Shown here one piece after another: positions 24,344 through 32,824 of a stretch of 37,017 nucleotides of DNA (position 1 is its first letter; every line of letters starts with the position of its first letter). The notes beneath the pieces were generated by a model. The model was not told the origin of the DNA. It ran no database searches and saw nothing but the letters and a program-made list of their open reading frames with translations. The DNA lies in IMG/VR virus record IMGVR_UViG_3300045988_143004; one strand, written 5' to 3'. The position numbers were made by a program, and so were the translations under genes. The stretch is from a virus.

Positions 24344-24556
24344 TTACCTCCCCCGCAAACATTTGTTCTTTATTAAGTATGGACAATAAACTTTTTGTTC
24401 TTTTAGGCTTGTTATAATTAAAAAAGAACAATTTCTACAACTTGTAGGTAACTGTTCTTTTATACTGTCTAATCTTTCTTTATGCTCTGCTTTTTCTCGT
24501 GCAGTGTACTGTTCTATTGCTAACTTATCGTTATAGACTAACTTTCTTGCACACAT
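24344..24556 (-). CDS. Cys-rich hypothetical protein (70 aa)
   Basis: ORF containing CRNCS...CPYLIKNKC. Confidence 0.5.
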   Translation of the reverse strand: MCARKLVYNDKLAIEQYTAREKAEHKERLDSIKEQLPTSCRNCSFLIITSLKEQKVYCPYLIKNKCLRGR

Positions 24557-24569
24557 ACTAAATCTCCCT

Positions 24570-24743
24570 CTACCACTCTGTTAATTTTGGCCTTTTTTTA
24601 AACTTTGTTTTATCTTTTATGTAATTACAACATTTTACAGATAAATCTACAGTTATATGTATATTGCAATCATTTTCATTTTTATTTGCACAATATTTAC
24701 ATATTTCTGTTTTGTATTTTTTAAAAAGATTTTGTTTATTCAT
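24570..24743 (-). CDS. Cys-rich hypothetical protein (57 aa from ATG 24743)
   Basis: GAGGGGGA RBS before MNKQNLF; contains CKYCANKNENDCN..CCN. Confidence 0.5.
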   Translation of the reverse strand: MNKQNLFKKYKTEICKYCANKNENDCNIHITVDLSVKCCNYIKDKTKFKKRPKLTEW

Positions 24744-24768
24744 AATTATCCCCCTCACTTTTATTGGC

Positions 24769-24807
24769 AAAAAAAGACCTTAATTACTCTTGTAAAAGCA
24801 ATTAAGG
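24769..24807 (-). terminator. Rho-independent terminator 25 nt upstream of the first late-operon ORF
   Basis: On the minus strand, CCTTAATT-gcttttacaagagt-AATTAAGG followed by TCTTTTTTT. Confidence 0.6.
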
Positions 24808-24881
24808 CTGATTAATTTAAAAATATATTGGATTAATTATTTAACTTTTCTTTTTTTAGACACACTTTTAAATCTACTGTT

Positions 24882-24959
24882 ATTATAACTTGACAATCCT
24901 AAAAAATCCACTAAAAAATCTCAAAAAACTCTCAATTTTTTCCTTAAAAAGTCTCAATT
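24882..24959 (-). promoter_or_regulatory. Putative late promoter region: TATAAT (plus-strand attata at 24882-24887) preceded by two pairs of direct repeats
   Basis: The minus strand reads AATTGAGAcTTTTT..(22-bp phase)..AATTGAGAgTTTTT, then GAgATTTTTTAG-tG-gATTTTTTAG. There is no good -35. Confidence 0.35.
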
Positions 24960-25361
24960 TTATTTTACGTATCCCAAAGCTCTTGCAAAACTTATTAATG
25001 CACTATATTGTAACCTAAAATATGTGGCTTTGGATATGTTTAATAAATTTCGTACATCGTTGGTATTGTTTCCTGGTAGCAAATATCTTAATCTTATTAT
25101 ACTTTTCATATCTCCTTGCAATCTTCCAAAAACTCTTTCTATTGCAAAAATTTTTTTTCTTACTTCTTCATCGTAAATCATTGCGTTTTCTATTACAGAT
25201 TGTCTCCAGCTGTTTTGCTGAGCTGTAAAATTTTCTTCCCAAAAACCACCAATTGTGACCGGTTCTCCTCCCAGACCTTCACATTCAATTCTAACAATCC
25301 AATCTGGATATTTTCTTAAATCCGCAATTGTATTTCTCTTTGCTTCTTTACTTAACTTCAA
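24960..25361 (-). CDS. RinA/ArpU-family late transcription regulator (133 aa)
   Basis: Size fits, it is the last early gene before the packaging genes, and the C-terminus is sigma region-4-like: IIRLRYLLPGNNTNDVRNLLNISKATYFRLQYSALISFARALG. Confidence 0.65.
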   Translation of the reverse strand: MKLSKEAKRNTIADLRKYPDWIVRIECEGLGGEPVTIGGFWEENFTAQQNSWRQSVIENAMIYDEEVRKKIFAIERVFGRLQGDMKSIIRLRYLLPGNNTNDVRNLLNISKATYFRLQYSALISFARALGYVK

Positions 25362-25555
25362 TTATATGTACCTCCTAATTTTTTTAAAAATTTTGTTTGT
25401 TGTTGTATTAACTCATTTAGCGCATTTTCTAATATTTTATCTGGATTTCGTTTAACCCAATTCTCTATTGTATCTTTTATCCAGTTCCCTAATGCTATTC
25501 CTGTTTCGCTATTTATATATGGCTCTTTAATATTATTAATTTCTTTCTGTTCCAT
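25358..25555 (-). CDS. Hypothetical protein (65 aa)
   Basis: ORF; its stop overlaps the next start. Confidence 0.5.
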   Translation of the reverse strand: MEQKEINNIKEPYINSETGIALGNWIKDTIENWVKRNPDKILENALNELIQQQTKFLKKLGGTYN

Positions 25556-25591
25556 TTTTTCTTATTTCCCTTTTTTACGATCTATTAATTT

Positions 25592-25999
25592 TTATAATCC
25601 TAATTCTTCTAAAGTATACTTTTTGTCAAGTTTCATATTCTGATACATTGTGTTCTTTTTAAAATTTGGTAAATTTATTATAGCAAAGTCTTTGATGTAA
25701 ATTACTATACCTTCCATATCGAAACCACAATCAAACTTTTCAATATTTTCAACTTTGTTTCTAAATGGTTTTATAATATTGCTTAAATACTCTTTTTCTT
25801 TTGCTGTTAATATGTCTTTTACTTCCTCTAAATCATGAACTGTAAACCAATACGAATATCTCCATCCTTTATATCTAACTCCATAGCAATTATTAGACCT
25901 GCCCTCCTTATCAAAATCTTCGTTGTCTACTTCTGCTATTTTTCCGATTTTCCCTGTTCTAATTATCTTAACTCTTTGTCCTACTTTAAATTTATTCAT
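25592..25999 (-). CDS. Hypothetical protein (135 aa)
   Basis: ORF in the early operon. Confidence 0.55.
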   Translation of the reverse strand: MNKFKVGQRVKIIRTGKIGKIAEVDNEDFDKEGRSNNCYGVRYKGWRYSYWFTVHDLEEVKDILTAKEKEYLSNIIKPFRNKVENIEKFDCGFDMEGIVIYIKDFAIINLPNFKKNTMYQNMKLDKKYTLEELGL

Positions 26000-26001
26000 A
26001 C

Positions 26002-26388
26002 TTATTCCTCACTTTCTAGAAATTTCTTGCAAAAAAATATATGTATATCTTGTTTCTCTAATTCATCGCCTCTGCTCCAATCTCTTTCCATTCCATTACA
26101 ATTATTTAATTCAGCATAGATATTATCAAAACAAATTTCCCAACCATTTTCAACCATATAATTTTCCATTAAGTCTATTATTTTGTTTTTCTCTTCATTT
26201 TCTTTTAATACTTTTTGGTAATTTGGTAAAACACTTAAAAATAATAATATTATAGGTTCTTTCATCGCTATAATGCTTGTTGCAGTTAATTGTTCTGTTT
26301 TATTAGCATTTTTTATAAGAAAATCCAACTCTTTATTTATTTTTTTTATTAATATTTCAATATTTCCTTCTATACTATTTTCTTTCAT
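26002..26388 (-). CDS. Hypothetical protein (128 aa)
   Basis: ORF in the early operon. Confidence 0.55.
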   Translation of the reverse strand: MKENSIEGNIEILIKKINKELDFLIKNANKTEQLTATSIIAMKEPIILLFLSVLPNYQKVLKENEEKNKIIDLMENYMVENGWEICFDNIYAELNNCNGMERDWSRGDELEKQDIHIFFCKKFLESEE

Positions 26389-26400
26389 TTAAATCACCTC

Positions 26401-26625
26401 CTAATTAACAATTCCTAAACATATTTCTTTATCACATTCAGGACATTTAATATAAGTTTTATATGTGGGTAAGAATGTTGTAAAGCAAAATGTTTTTTCT
26501 ATTTCAGTATTATTGTTATTATATTCAAATTCACAACCACATAACGGACAAATTGCTATTTTATTTTTAGAATATTTATTTCCGTGTTTTATTATTTTCA
26601 ATCTAGCCACCCCAATTCTTGACAT
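26401..26625 (-). CDS. Zinc-ribbon hypothetical protein (74 aa)
   Basis: CPLCGCEF ... CPECDKE. Confidence 0.5.
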   Translation of the reverse strand: MSRIGVARLKIIKHGNKYSKNKIAICPLCGCEFEYNNNNTEIEKTFCFTTFLPTYKTYIKCPECDKEICLGIVN

Positions 26626-26828
26626 TTCTTATTTATTGCTTGTAGTTCTTGCATTGTTACTCTATATCTATTTTCATCTATAATATCTATTGTTTCATAT
26701 TTTGTATTAAATGAAAATGTTTTCGCTAAATCTTCATTTTCCCATTCTTCCCAAAATCTTGAAAATATAATATCTAAATTTTTCTTTTTATATCCTAATT
26801 CTTCAAGCATCTCATCAGCTGTTTTCAT
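26598..26828 (-). CDS. Hypothetical protein (76 aa from ATG 26828)
   Basis: AAAGGAG RBS before MKTADEML. Confidence 0.5.
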   Translation of the reverse strand: MKTADEMLEELGYKKKNLDIIFSRFWEEWENEDLAKTFSFNTKYETIDIIDENRYRVTMQELQAINKKCQELGWLD

Positions 26829-27147
26829 ATGTATCACTCCTTTCAAGCTTTTTTGGCTCACAATCTTCTATAGTAGCATAGTAAACATTATCATCAAATA
26901 TAAGTCTTAATAAAATATCTAAATCATCGATTATTAGTCCCTTTCTATTGCCAATTACTTTTTTTCTTGTTTCTGTTGCCACTATAGGTTCTGGCATTTT
27001 CTCTTTTATTCCAATTTGGTAAGCTTTGTGCTCTATATCTTTTTTATGTTTGTAATTAATGCAAACTATTGGCATTTGTTTTTCTACTGATAACTGGATT
27101 GCTTTCATTGTTTTTCCGTTTGCTTTACTTCCATAATATATTTTCAT
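26815..27147 (-). CDS. Miniature P-loop-like protein (110 aa from ATG 27147)
   Basis: GSKANGKT fits Walker A (GxxxxGKT) and GLIIDDLD is Walker B-like. Confidence 0.4.
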   Translation of the reverse strand: MKIYYGSKANGKTMKAIQLSVEKQMPIVCINYKHKKDIEHKAYQIGIKEKMPEPIVATETRKKVIGNRKGLIIDDLDILLRLIFDDNVYYATIEDCEPKKLERSDTYENS

Positions 27148-27166
27148 GTCTTGTTTTCCCCCTCTC

Positions 27167-27289
27167 TTATCCACCACAACTCATTTTTAAAACTACTATA
27201 GTACCTATAAACCAACCAAATACTAGTGCACTAAATGCTATTGCTAGTAGTTTTACTATTAATTTTAATATTGTTTTAAAATCATTCAT
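27167..27289 (-). CDS. Small membrane protein (40 aa)
   Basis: Hand-translated: MNDFKTILKLIVKLLAIAFSALVFGWFIGTIVVLKMSCGG. Confidence 0.35.
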   Translation of the reverse strand: MNDFKTILKLIVKLLAIAFSALVFGWFIGTIVVLKMSCGG

Positions 27290-27390
27290 TTTTATTTTTC
27301 CCCTTTCCTAATTTATAATGCTTTGCTCATCTTGCTCATCCTTCGTATAGCATAGATTTGTTAAATTTACTATTACATAATATGTTTAAT

Positions 27391-27594
27391 TCATTCTTCT
27401 CCTTCTTCTTTACGTAGTAATTTATAATTAATTATTAATACTTTATTTAGGTTACATTCTTTTTTTATAAACTTTTCAAGTTCTCGCAATTCTTCAATAC
27501 TTTCAATTTTTTTATTCCTAGTTACTTCTATACTTCCTGTTCCTTCATCGTATCCTCTTTTTTGAAGATATGCTATAAAATATATGTATTTCAT
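27391..27594 (-). CDS. Hypothetical protein (67 aa)
   Basis: ORF in the early operon. Confidence 0.5.
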   Translation of the reverse strand: MKYIYFIAYLQKRGYDEGTGSIEVTRNKKIESIEELRELEKFIKKECNLNKVLIINYKLLRKEEGEE

Positions 27595-27607
27595 TTAATC
27601 ACCTCTT

Positions 27608-28213
27608 TTATATCCATCTCACTATGCTTTCGCCTGTATATCCTTTTTGCCATACAAACCAACAATAACAAATTGCTGTTGCTTTATATTTTTCAAATTT
27701 TCCATTCATCGCACATAATTGTCTTTTACTATTTACGTATACAAATTTAGGCGGATATTTTTTAAATAGTTCTTGTCTAGCTTGTCCTTCAAGGAATTGT
27801 ATTTTTAAAAACATTATAGTGTAATATCCATCTTTTTGTATTTCTAAAGCTTTTTTAACAAACTCTTTTGCAAACTTATATGGTGGATTTGTTAGTATAT
27901 CTGCATCTATTTCAGTTGTATTTACTTTTAGGAAATCCATTTTTTCATCCTCGTAACCTCTATTAACTAAATCTGTACTGTATACATTATAATTTTTGCT
28001 TTTTAGTACTTTGCTTAGATGCCCTTCACCACAAGCACACTCCCATATGTCTTTATGTAATACAATTCCATCGTTTTCTAATTTGTCTAAAAATATTCTT
28101 AGTGCATTCGGATCTGTTGCATAATAATCATCTTTTTCTCTCTCTTTGTTAGTATGATTACTAGCTCCCATCGTTACATATATTGATTTACTATTTCCAC
28201 TCCAATTTTTCAT
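27608..28213 (-). CDS. Orphan N6-adenine DNA methyltransferase (201 aa)
   Basis: Motif I-like ECACGEGHL, then motif IV TNPPY. No adjacent restriction gene. Confidence 0.7.
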   Translation of the reverse strand: MKNWSGNSKSIYVTMGASNHTNKEREKDDYYATDPNALRIFLDKLENDGIVLHKDIWECACGEGHLSKVLKSKNYNVYSTDLVNRGYEDEKMDFLKVNTTEIDADILTNPPYKFAKEFVKKALEIQKDGYYTIMFLKIQFLEGQARQELFKKYPPKFVYVNSKRQLCAMNGKFEKYKATAICYCWFVWQKGYTGESIVRWI

Positions 28214-28226
28214 TTAATCACTCCTT

Positions 28227-28595
28227 TTAAACCTTTGTAATTTCTATTATGGTTTCTTCTCTACCTTTTTCATAAATTATTCTACTTCCGTCCCAGCTTT
28301 GCAAAATGTTGTAATTATCGTCTTCTAATACCTTGTATTTAACCAATATGTCTGCTATTGCATTCTCTAAATTTGTTAAATCTCTTTTTCGTTTATTTGA
28401 AACATAGAACGTACATTTTAAATTTACTGGATAAGTTATATTGTTTTTATATTTAATTAAAAATTTGCCACATTCTCGCTCGAAATTTTTATATATTTCT
28501 GACTGGCTTATGAACAATTTTCCAGTTCGTTTATTTACTAAAATTTGTTGACTGTTCTTTTTTGATCTGCACATAAGCGGTATTTTTATTATCAT
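28227..28595 (-). CDS. rusA: RusA-family Holliday junction resolvase (122 aa)
   Basis: DLTNLENAIADILVKYKVLEDDN matches the RusA D..N..K...D.L....i.DD motif. Confidence 0.7.
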   Translation of the reverse strand: MIIKIPLMCRSKKNSQQILVNKRTGKLFISQSEIYKNFERECGKFLIKYKNNITYPVNLKCTFYVSNKRKRDLTNLENAIADILVKYKVLEDDNYNILQSWDGSRIIYEKGREETIIEITKV

Positions 28596-28615
28596 TATTC
28601 AATTTTTTCTCCTTT

Positions 28616-28897
28616 CTAACTTGCAATTCTATATATTGCAACACTTTTATTTGTTACACTATCTATTGTTTTACCTACTATAATTACATATCTTTTAGTT
28701 AATAAATCCGTCAATCTCGGGCTTGCATTGTTTCTGTCTGGTGTATTTGTGTAACCTGCTAAATACATCTCCTCTGCTATCTCTCTTGCGGTCCTTTCTA
28801 TTCCATCTTTTAATATTTCTAGTACTTGTGCCTCTCTCTTGGTTATATTCACTTTTATAAAGCTTTCTCTTCTAGTTTCTCTTGTTATTTCATTCAT
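28616..28897 (-). CDS. Winged-helix DNA-binding protein (93 aa)
   Basis: REAQVLEILKDGIERTAREIAEEM.. has a MarR-like wHTH pattern. Confidence 0.45.
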   Translation of the reverse strand: MNEITRETRRESFIKVNITKREAQVLEILKDGIERTAREIAEEMYLAGYTNTPDRNNASPRLTDLLTKRYVIIVGKTIDSVTNKSVAIYRIAS

Positions 28898-28903
28898 TTG
28901 TTA

Positions 28904-29674
28904 TCACTCTCCTTTTAATCTATAATTGTTCTCAATCCCTCGAGCTTCTATTATTCTACCTTTACACATTTCTATAATTCTACTTCCTATAGCTTCATCA
29001 AAATCTAATAATCTATCTTGTATTAATTCAGAACTTAATATAATTGGTTTATTGTTTAGGTATCTATAATTTATTATTTCAAACATTATGTTTATATCAG
29101 ATTCAGTTGTTTTACCTTTTGCAAAATCATCTATTAGCAATACTCTAGCTGTTTTGTATTGATTTAATAGTTTGTTATATTGAATATCATCTGTTATTAC
29201 TTGTTTTATTTTCGTTACAGCCTCGCGGTATGGCATATATAGTACTCCTATATTTTTAGTCATTAGATTATTTGCTATTGCTATGCTTAAATGTGTTTTT
29301 CCACTTCCACAATTACCTAAAAATGCTATACTATTATTTCGCTCTTTTTCGATTTCTTCAAAACTCTTTACATAGCTTACAGCTATATTTTTGGCTTCTT
29401 CTTGAAATTTAGTAATTGTTTTAAATTCTCTAAAGCCTATTTTTTGGAATTGTTCTGCTATTCCAGAATGTTCTAATATTCTTTTGTATCTCTTTCTCTC
29501 TGCACATTCACATGCCCTTGCTGTTTGTGTTTCTATATCAAAAATCATTTCTGTATCTTTGCATTTAGCACATTCATATAAGTCCTGTATCATCGATTTT
29601 TCTTTCTGACTTTGCAAGGTTTGCTGCAAGATTGATGCTTGAATATTTGCTATTATTTGCTTTATCTGTTCCAT
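28904..29674 (-). CDS. DnaC/IstB-like AAA+ helicase loader (up to 256 aa; the start may be the internal Met at 29593)
   Basis: Walker A GNCGSGKTHLS and Walker B VLLIDDF. The N-terminal CAKCKD..ACEC may form a zinc site. As called, it overlaps the upstream ORF by 101 nt. Confidence 0.8.
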   Translation of the reverse strand: MEQIKQIIANIQASILQQTLQSQKEKSMIQDLYECAKCKDTEMIFDIETQTARACECAERKRYKRILEHSGIAEQFQKIGFREFKTITKFQEEAKNIAVSYVKSFEEIEKERNNSIAFLGNCGSGKTHLSIAIANNLMTKNIGVLYMPYREAVTKIKQVITDDIQYNKLLNQYKTARVLLIDDFAKGKTTESDINIMFEIINYRYLNNKPIILSSELIQDRLLDFDEAIGSRIIEMCKGRIIEARGIENNYRLKGE

Positions 29675-30387
29675 TAGTTCCTCCTTCTTTAGTTTTTATA
29701 GAATTATATTTTCCTTCTAGTATTGCAGTTGCTTTATCAATCCTCATTACAAAATCAAAATCTGCTTTCCAGCCTCTGTCATTATTACCTGTTAAAAAAC
29801 TAGAGTTATTTGCTATATTACATATTTGCTTAAATTGTTCCTCTGTAAAGTCTTTAAGGAATTTATCTATAGCTTTATTTCTTGTATCAGTTAATTTTTT
29901 TATTTGAGGAAGATTTGTACATGTGGAGTTATAAATTTCGACTATCACATTTCTTTTTTCTTCTATTTCTTTTCTATTATCTTCTTTTCTATTATCTTCT
30001 TTTCTATTAGGCGGTAGTACTACCGTAGTGTTACCGTAGTAGTTCTATACCTTTATCATCAATATGTGGGAATGTTGATTTTGTAGGCTTGTTAATGGTT
30101 TGATGTTTTAGAAAATTAGGGAGATTGTAGTAGGTCTGTCCATCATGTTTAAACAAAACTACTATATTTAATCCGCCTAAGTGGGAAAGCCATTTTTCTA
30201 AATCGGAAGCTCGGAAGTCGTCATATGGAAATATCAAAGACTTTAATAGCTTCGGATTTGCTCTGCCATATCCTTCATCATCTGCGTTACTAATTAAGCC
30301 CATAAATAACATTCTCTCTTGTATTGTACATTCTCCTAGTTTTTCGTCGGTCCAAAAATTAGGGTCAATCATTCTTTTTCTAGCCAC
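29574..30387 (-). pseudogene. Replisome organiser split into an N-terminal winged-helix half (30031-30387) and a Phg_2220_C-type C-terminal half (29574-30044, other frame)
   Basis: N half: MIDPNFWTDEKL..MLFMGLISNADDEGYGR. C half: LPQIKKLTDTRNKAIDKF...SSFLTGNNDRGWKADFDFVMRIDKATAILEGKY. The frames overlap only at 30031-30044. Confidence 0.55.
29966..30043. repeat. Putative replication origin inside the organiser gene: 3 tandem 15-bp repeats, a 12-bp palindrome and two 9-bp direct repeats
   Basis: (C/T)TTCTTTTCTATTA(T/G) x3 at 29966-30010; GGTAGTACTACC at 30013-30024; TACCGTAGT at 30021-30029 and 30032-30040 (11-bp phase). Confidence 0.5.
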
Positions 30388-30424
30388 ATCTTTAGTTCTC
30401 CTTTCTGATAACTAGAGCCAAGCT

Positions 30425-30715
30425 CTAGTTATCTAAATAATTTTTTCCAATAAGATTTATAAAGTCTTGTCTTGTATGTGTCTTCTCATATTCTTTTTGT
30501 GCTTCTTGCTTTAACATAAGATCTAATCTATGTCCATATTTTCCATGCACACCATGCGTTCCTCTATGTTCTACTGGTGTTAGCCAGACTTTAAAGCCTT
30601 CTTTTTCACTTATTTTTCTATTTGCTGTCCCAAAGAAAATATGATGTTCTTCTAACTCGTATGTAACTCCTGTTAAATAGCTTTCTTTTTTATTTTGCAA
30701 AATTGATTTAGCCAT
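30425..30715 (-). CDS. His-rich small protein (96 aa), possibly a His-Me/HNH-like nuclease
   Basis: LEEHHIFFGTANRK...VEHRGTHGVHGKYGH. The family is not securely recognised. Confidence 0.3.
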   Translation of the reverse strand: MAKSILQNKKESYLTGVTYELEEHHIFFGTANRKISEKEGFKVWLTPVEHRGTHGVHGKYGHRLDLMLKQEAQKEYEKTHTRQDFINLIGKNYLDN

Positions 30716-31037
30716 ATTTCGTTTGCCCCCATTCCTTGTTATATTGACTTTCCATTTCTCTTATCTTGAGTTTATAGAAGTTTATTCCTTCTTCTGCACT
30801 TCTTACCAATCCTTCTGCAATATCTCTCTTAAATCTCAAGTCTGCGATGTCTGGCATACCTTTTGCTATATCTGCTAAATGTGTTACTGCTTGTCCTTGT
30901 GCTCTTAATTCAATTAGCCTTTGACTTAATGCTACTCTATAATCTCTTTCTTTTTTTGCATAATCTTTTTGATACTTCTTATATTCACTCAATGTTACTT
31001 GCAAATCATTTATTGTATTTTCTATATCTTGCCACAT
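30708..31037 (-). CDS. Hypothetical coiled-coil protein (109 aa)
   Basis: ORF in the early operon. Confidence 0.5.
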   Translation of the reverse strand: MWQDIENTINDLQVTLSEYKKYQKDYAKKERDYRVALSQRLIELRAQGQAVTHLADIAKGMPDIADLRFKRDIAEGLVRSAEEGINFYKLKIREMESQYNKEWGQTKYG

Positions 31038-31052
31038 ATCAAACCTCCATTA

Positions 31053-31709
31053 TTAGAATGGAAGGTCATCTTTTATTTCTGAATCATTACTATCTTGTTG
31101 TTTTCCTTCTTGCTCTTTTTTTATTTCTTCATATTCTGCCACAAACTTGTCAAACCCAGTTTCCTCAAAATTTTCTGCTTTTTTTATTTTTTCTTGTATC
31201 CAACTAGGTACTTTGTCATAATTTTTCCATGTTTCTGCATTTTCTAAATCAAAATGACATGTATCTTTCAATAGTTCAATAGTTGTACCTTTCGGTAAAG
31301 ACATAATTGAAGTAATGTTATTGTATGTATTACCATTTTTCTCTTCTTTTATAATCTGCAACTGACAAGGTTTATTTAAGATATTTAATAAATTAAATCC
31401 TTGTAATTCTTCTGATGTAAAAGGTACCCCTCTCCAAGCTTGTAAGTCCTTCCTAAGATTACTTTTCTCTCCTAAGCTATATCCGTATTCCTTGCTAATT
31501 GTTCGTGGCATTTTTTGCCCATTTATTTCTACTTCTTCACCTAATATTGTCCATATCATCATAAATTTTCTTTGTGTTTTTCCAAACTTCTCGCTTGTTT
31601 GTTTTCCTAAATCAATCATCATGCTGCTTATTGCTGTATAAACTCCATTTTCTAATTTTTCTATACTTGCTCCCGCATTATCTCTTGCTATCATAGCCAT
31701 ATTAATCAC
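31053..31709 (-). CDS. SSB-like / DUF669-like protein with an acidic DDLPF tail (218 aa)
   Basis: The C-terminal ..SEIKDDLPF mimics the SSB C-terminal interaction tail. The fit to the core is weak. Confidence 0.4.
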   Translation of the reverse strand: MINMAMIARDNAGASIEKLENGVYTAISSMMIDLGKQTSEKFGKTQRKFMMIWTILGEEVEINGQKMPRTISKEYGYSLGEKSNLRKDLQAWRGVPFTSEELQGFNLLNILNKPCQLQIIKEEKNGNTYNNITSIMSLPKGTTIELLKDTCHFDLENAETWKNYDKVPSWIQEKIKKAENFEETGFDKFVAEYEEIKKEQEGKQQDSNDSEIKDDLPF

Positions 31710-31826
31710 CTATTACCTTTCTATCTATAAAATTCATAAAACTCATCGGAATCTAATCCGTAAATATCAATTAAATCTAAATAATCCATTATTTCTTAAC
31801 CTCTTTCTTACATTTTTACAAATCAT

Positions 31827-31967
31827 TTATTTTAATTTTCCTTCTCTTAATCTTCTTTTTAATTCTTCTTCAAACTCTTTTTTTACTTTATAGTTATTGT
31901 CTATCTCTATAAGCAATTCTGCATATCTTCTGTTAAATTCTTCCTGACTTAATTCTTTAACTTCCAT
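31827..31967 (-). CDS. Small hypothetical protein (46 aa)
   Basis: Hand-translated: MEVKELSQEEFNRRYAELLIEIDNNYKVKKEFEEELKRRLREGKLK. Its ATG overlaps the upstream stop. Confidence 0.35.
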   Translation of the reverse strand: MEVKELSQEEFNRRYAELLIEIDNNYKVKKEFEEELKRRLREGKLK

Positions 31968-32152
31968 TAAATTTTAGCCTCCTTCTTCAATTTAAAGTCG
32001 TTTATTTCCTCTGCTAAATAATGTATTTGGGAATAAAAATTATCTGTATCATCCACATCATTTAAAGCTTCCTTTGCTTCTATTAAGTACATTACACATT
32101 CTTGTAATCTGTTTATATCGTGTATTAAAATTTTTTTATCCATTTCTTCCAT
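31967..32152 (-). CDS. Hypothetical protein (61 aa)
   Basis: ORF in the early operon. Confidence 0.5.
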   Translation of the reverse strand: MEEMDKKILIHDINRLQECVMYLIEAKEALNDVDDTDNFYSQIHYLAEEINDFKLKKEAKI

Positions 32153-32231
32153 AAATTCTCCTCTTGCATTTTCTCTAAAATTATGTTAATATAATTTTAG
32201 AGAATGCTTATTTATTAGTATTTTTTTTGAA

Positions 32232-32498
32232 CTAGATATGTTTATCAGGCGCGTCTAGTTCTATTATTTTGTCTTCTATGTGTTGCACATAGTATCTTGC
32301 TATATCAAGTGCAGTTTCGTACTTTTCTTCTACTGTTAAATCTTTTAAAGTATCTACTAAAAGAATTTCGTTTAACTGTCTTGCATTTTCGCTTAAATAT
32401 TTTAATTTGCTTTCTTTAGTTACAACATCTCTCATCATCTCATGCTGTTTTTGCTCACTTCTCGCCATTTTTAAGATTTGTTCTATTAAATCTTTCAT
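32232..32498 (-). CDS. Hypothetical protein (88 aa)
   Basis: ORF in the early operon. Confidence 0.5.
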   Translation of the reverse strand: MKDLIEQILKMARSEQKQHEMMRDVVTKESKLKYLSENARQLNEILLVDTLKDLTVEEKYETALDIARYYVQHIEDKIIELDAPDKHI

Positions 32499-32756
32499 TT
32501 AAACACCTCCTAACAATCTTTTCATTTGTCTTTGCTCTGCTTGTACTTCCTGTAATGTCTTGCCTTTACTGTCTATGTTAAATATCACATTCACATTTCT
32601 TTGTGCCTTATGTACTTTCTTTATTTTCTTTGCTTTGTGTGCTTTCTTATAGCTTATTTCTGCAAATTTGTATGCTATGTATAACAATGCTATAGCTATT
32701 ACTGCACTTCCTAATATTAATGTTCCTAAAACTTGTTTTGCCTCTGCTAAACTCAT
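32499..32756 (-). CDS. Membrane-anchored hypothetical protein (85 aa)
   Basis: TM segment LGTLILGSAVIAIALLYIAY followed by a basic stretch. Confidence 0.5.
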   Translation of the reverse strand: MSLAEAKQVLGTLILGSAVIAIALLYIAYKFAEISYKKAHKAKKIKKVHKAQRNVNVIFNIDSKGKTLQEVQAEQRQMKRLLGGV

Positions 32757-32824
32757 ATTTTTTTCATCTCCTTTACATTTATTTTTTTTATTTATATAAT
32801 TACCTCGGATTGGAGGTGATTATA

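Noticed and set aside
27323-27340. Tandem 9-mer TTGCTCATC x2 in the 27290-27390 intergenic region
   Set aside because: There are only two copies, with no associated palindrome, promoter geometry or second occurrence elsewhere. This is too little to call a regulatory site.
29966-30010. Tandem 15-bp repeats as a possible CRISPR-like or minisatellite array
   Set aside because: The three copies are contiguous with no spacers. They lie in frame inside the replisome-organiser gene, encoding NRKED repeats, next to a palindrome and phased 9-mers. An iteron or origin interpretation fits better.
30011-30040. Similarity between TACCGTA strings here and the TACCGTAACGGTA operator at 2608-2620
   Set aside because: The shared part is only about 7 nt. 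The contexts (origin versus promoter spacer) and symmetries differ, so it is probably coincidental.
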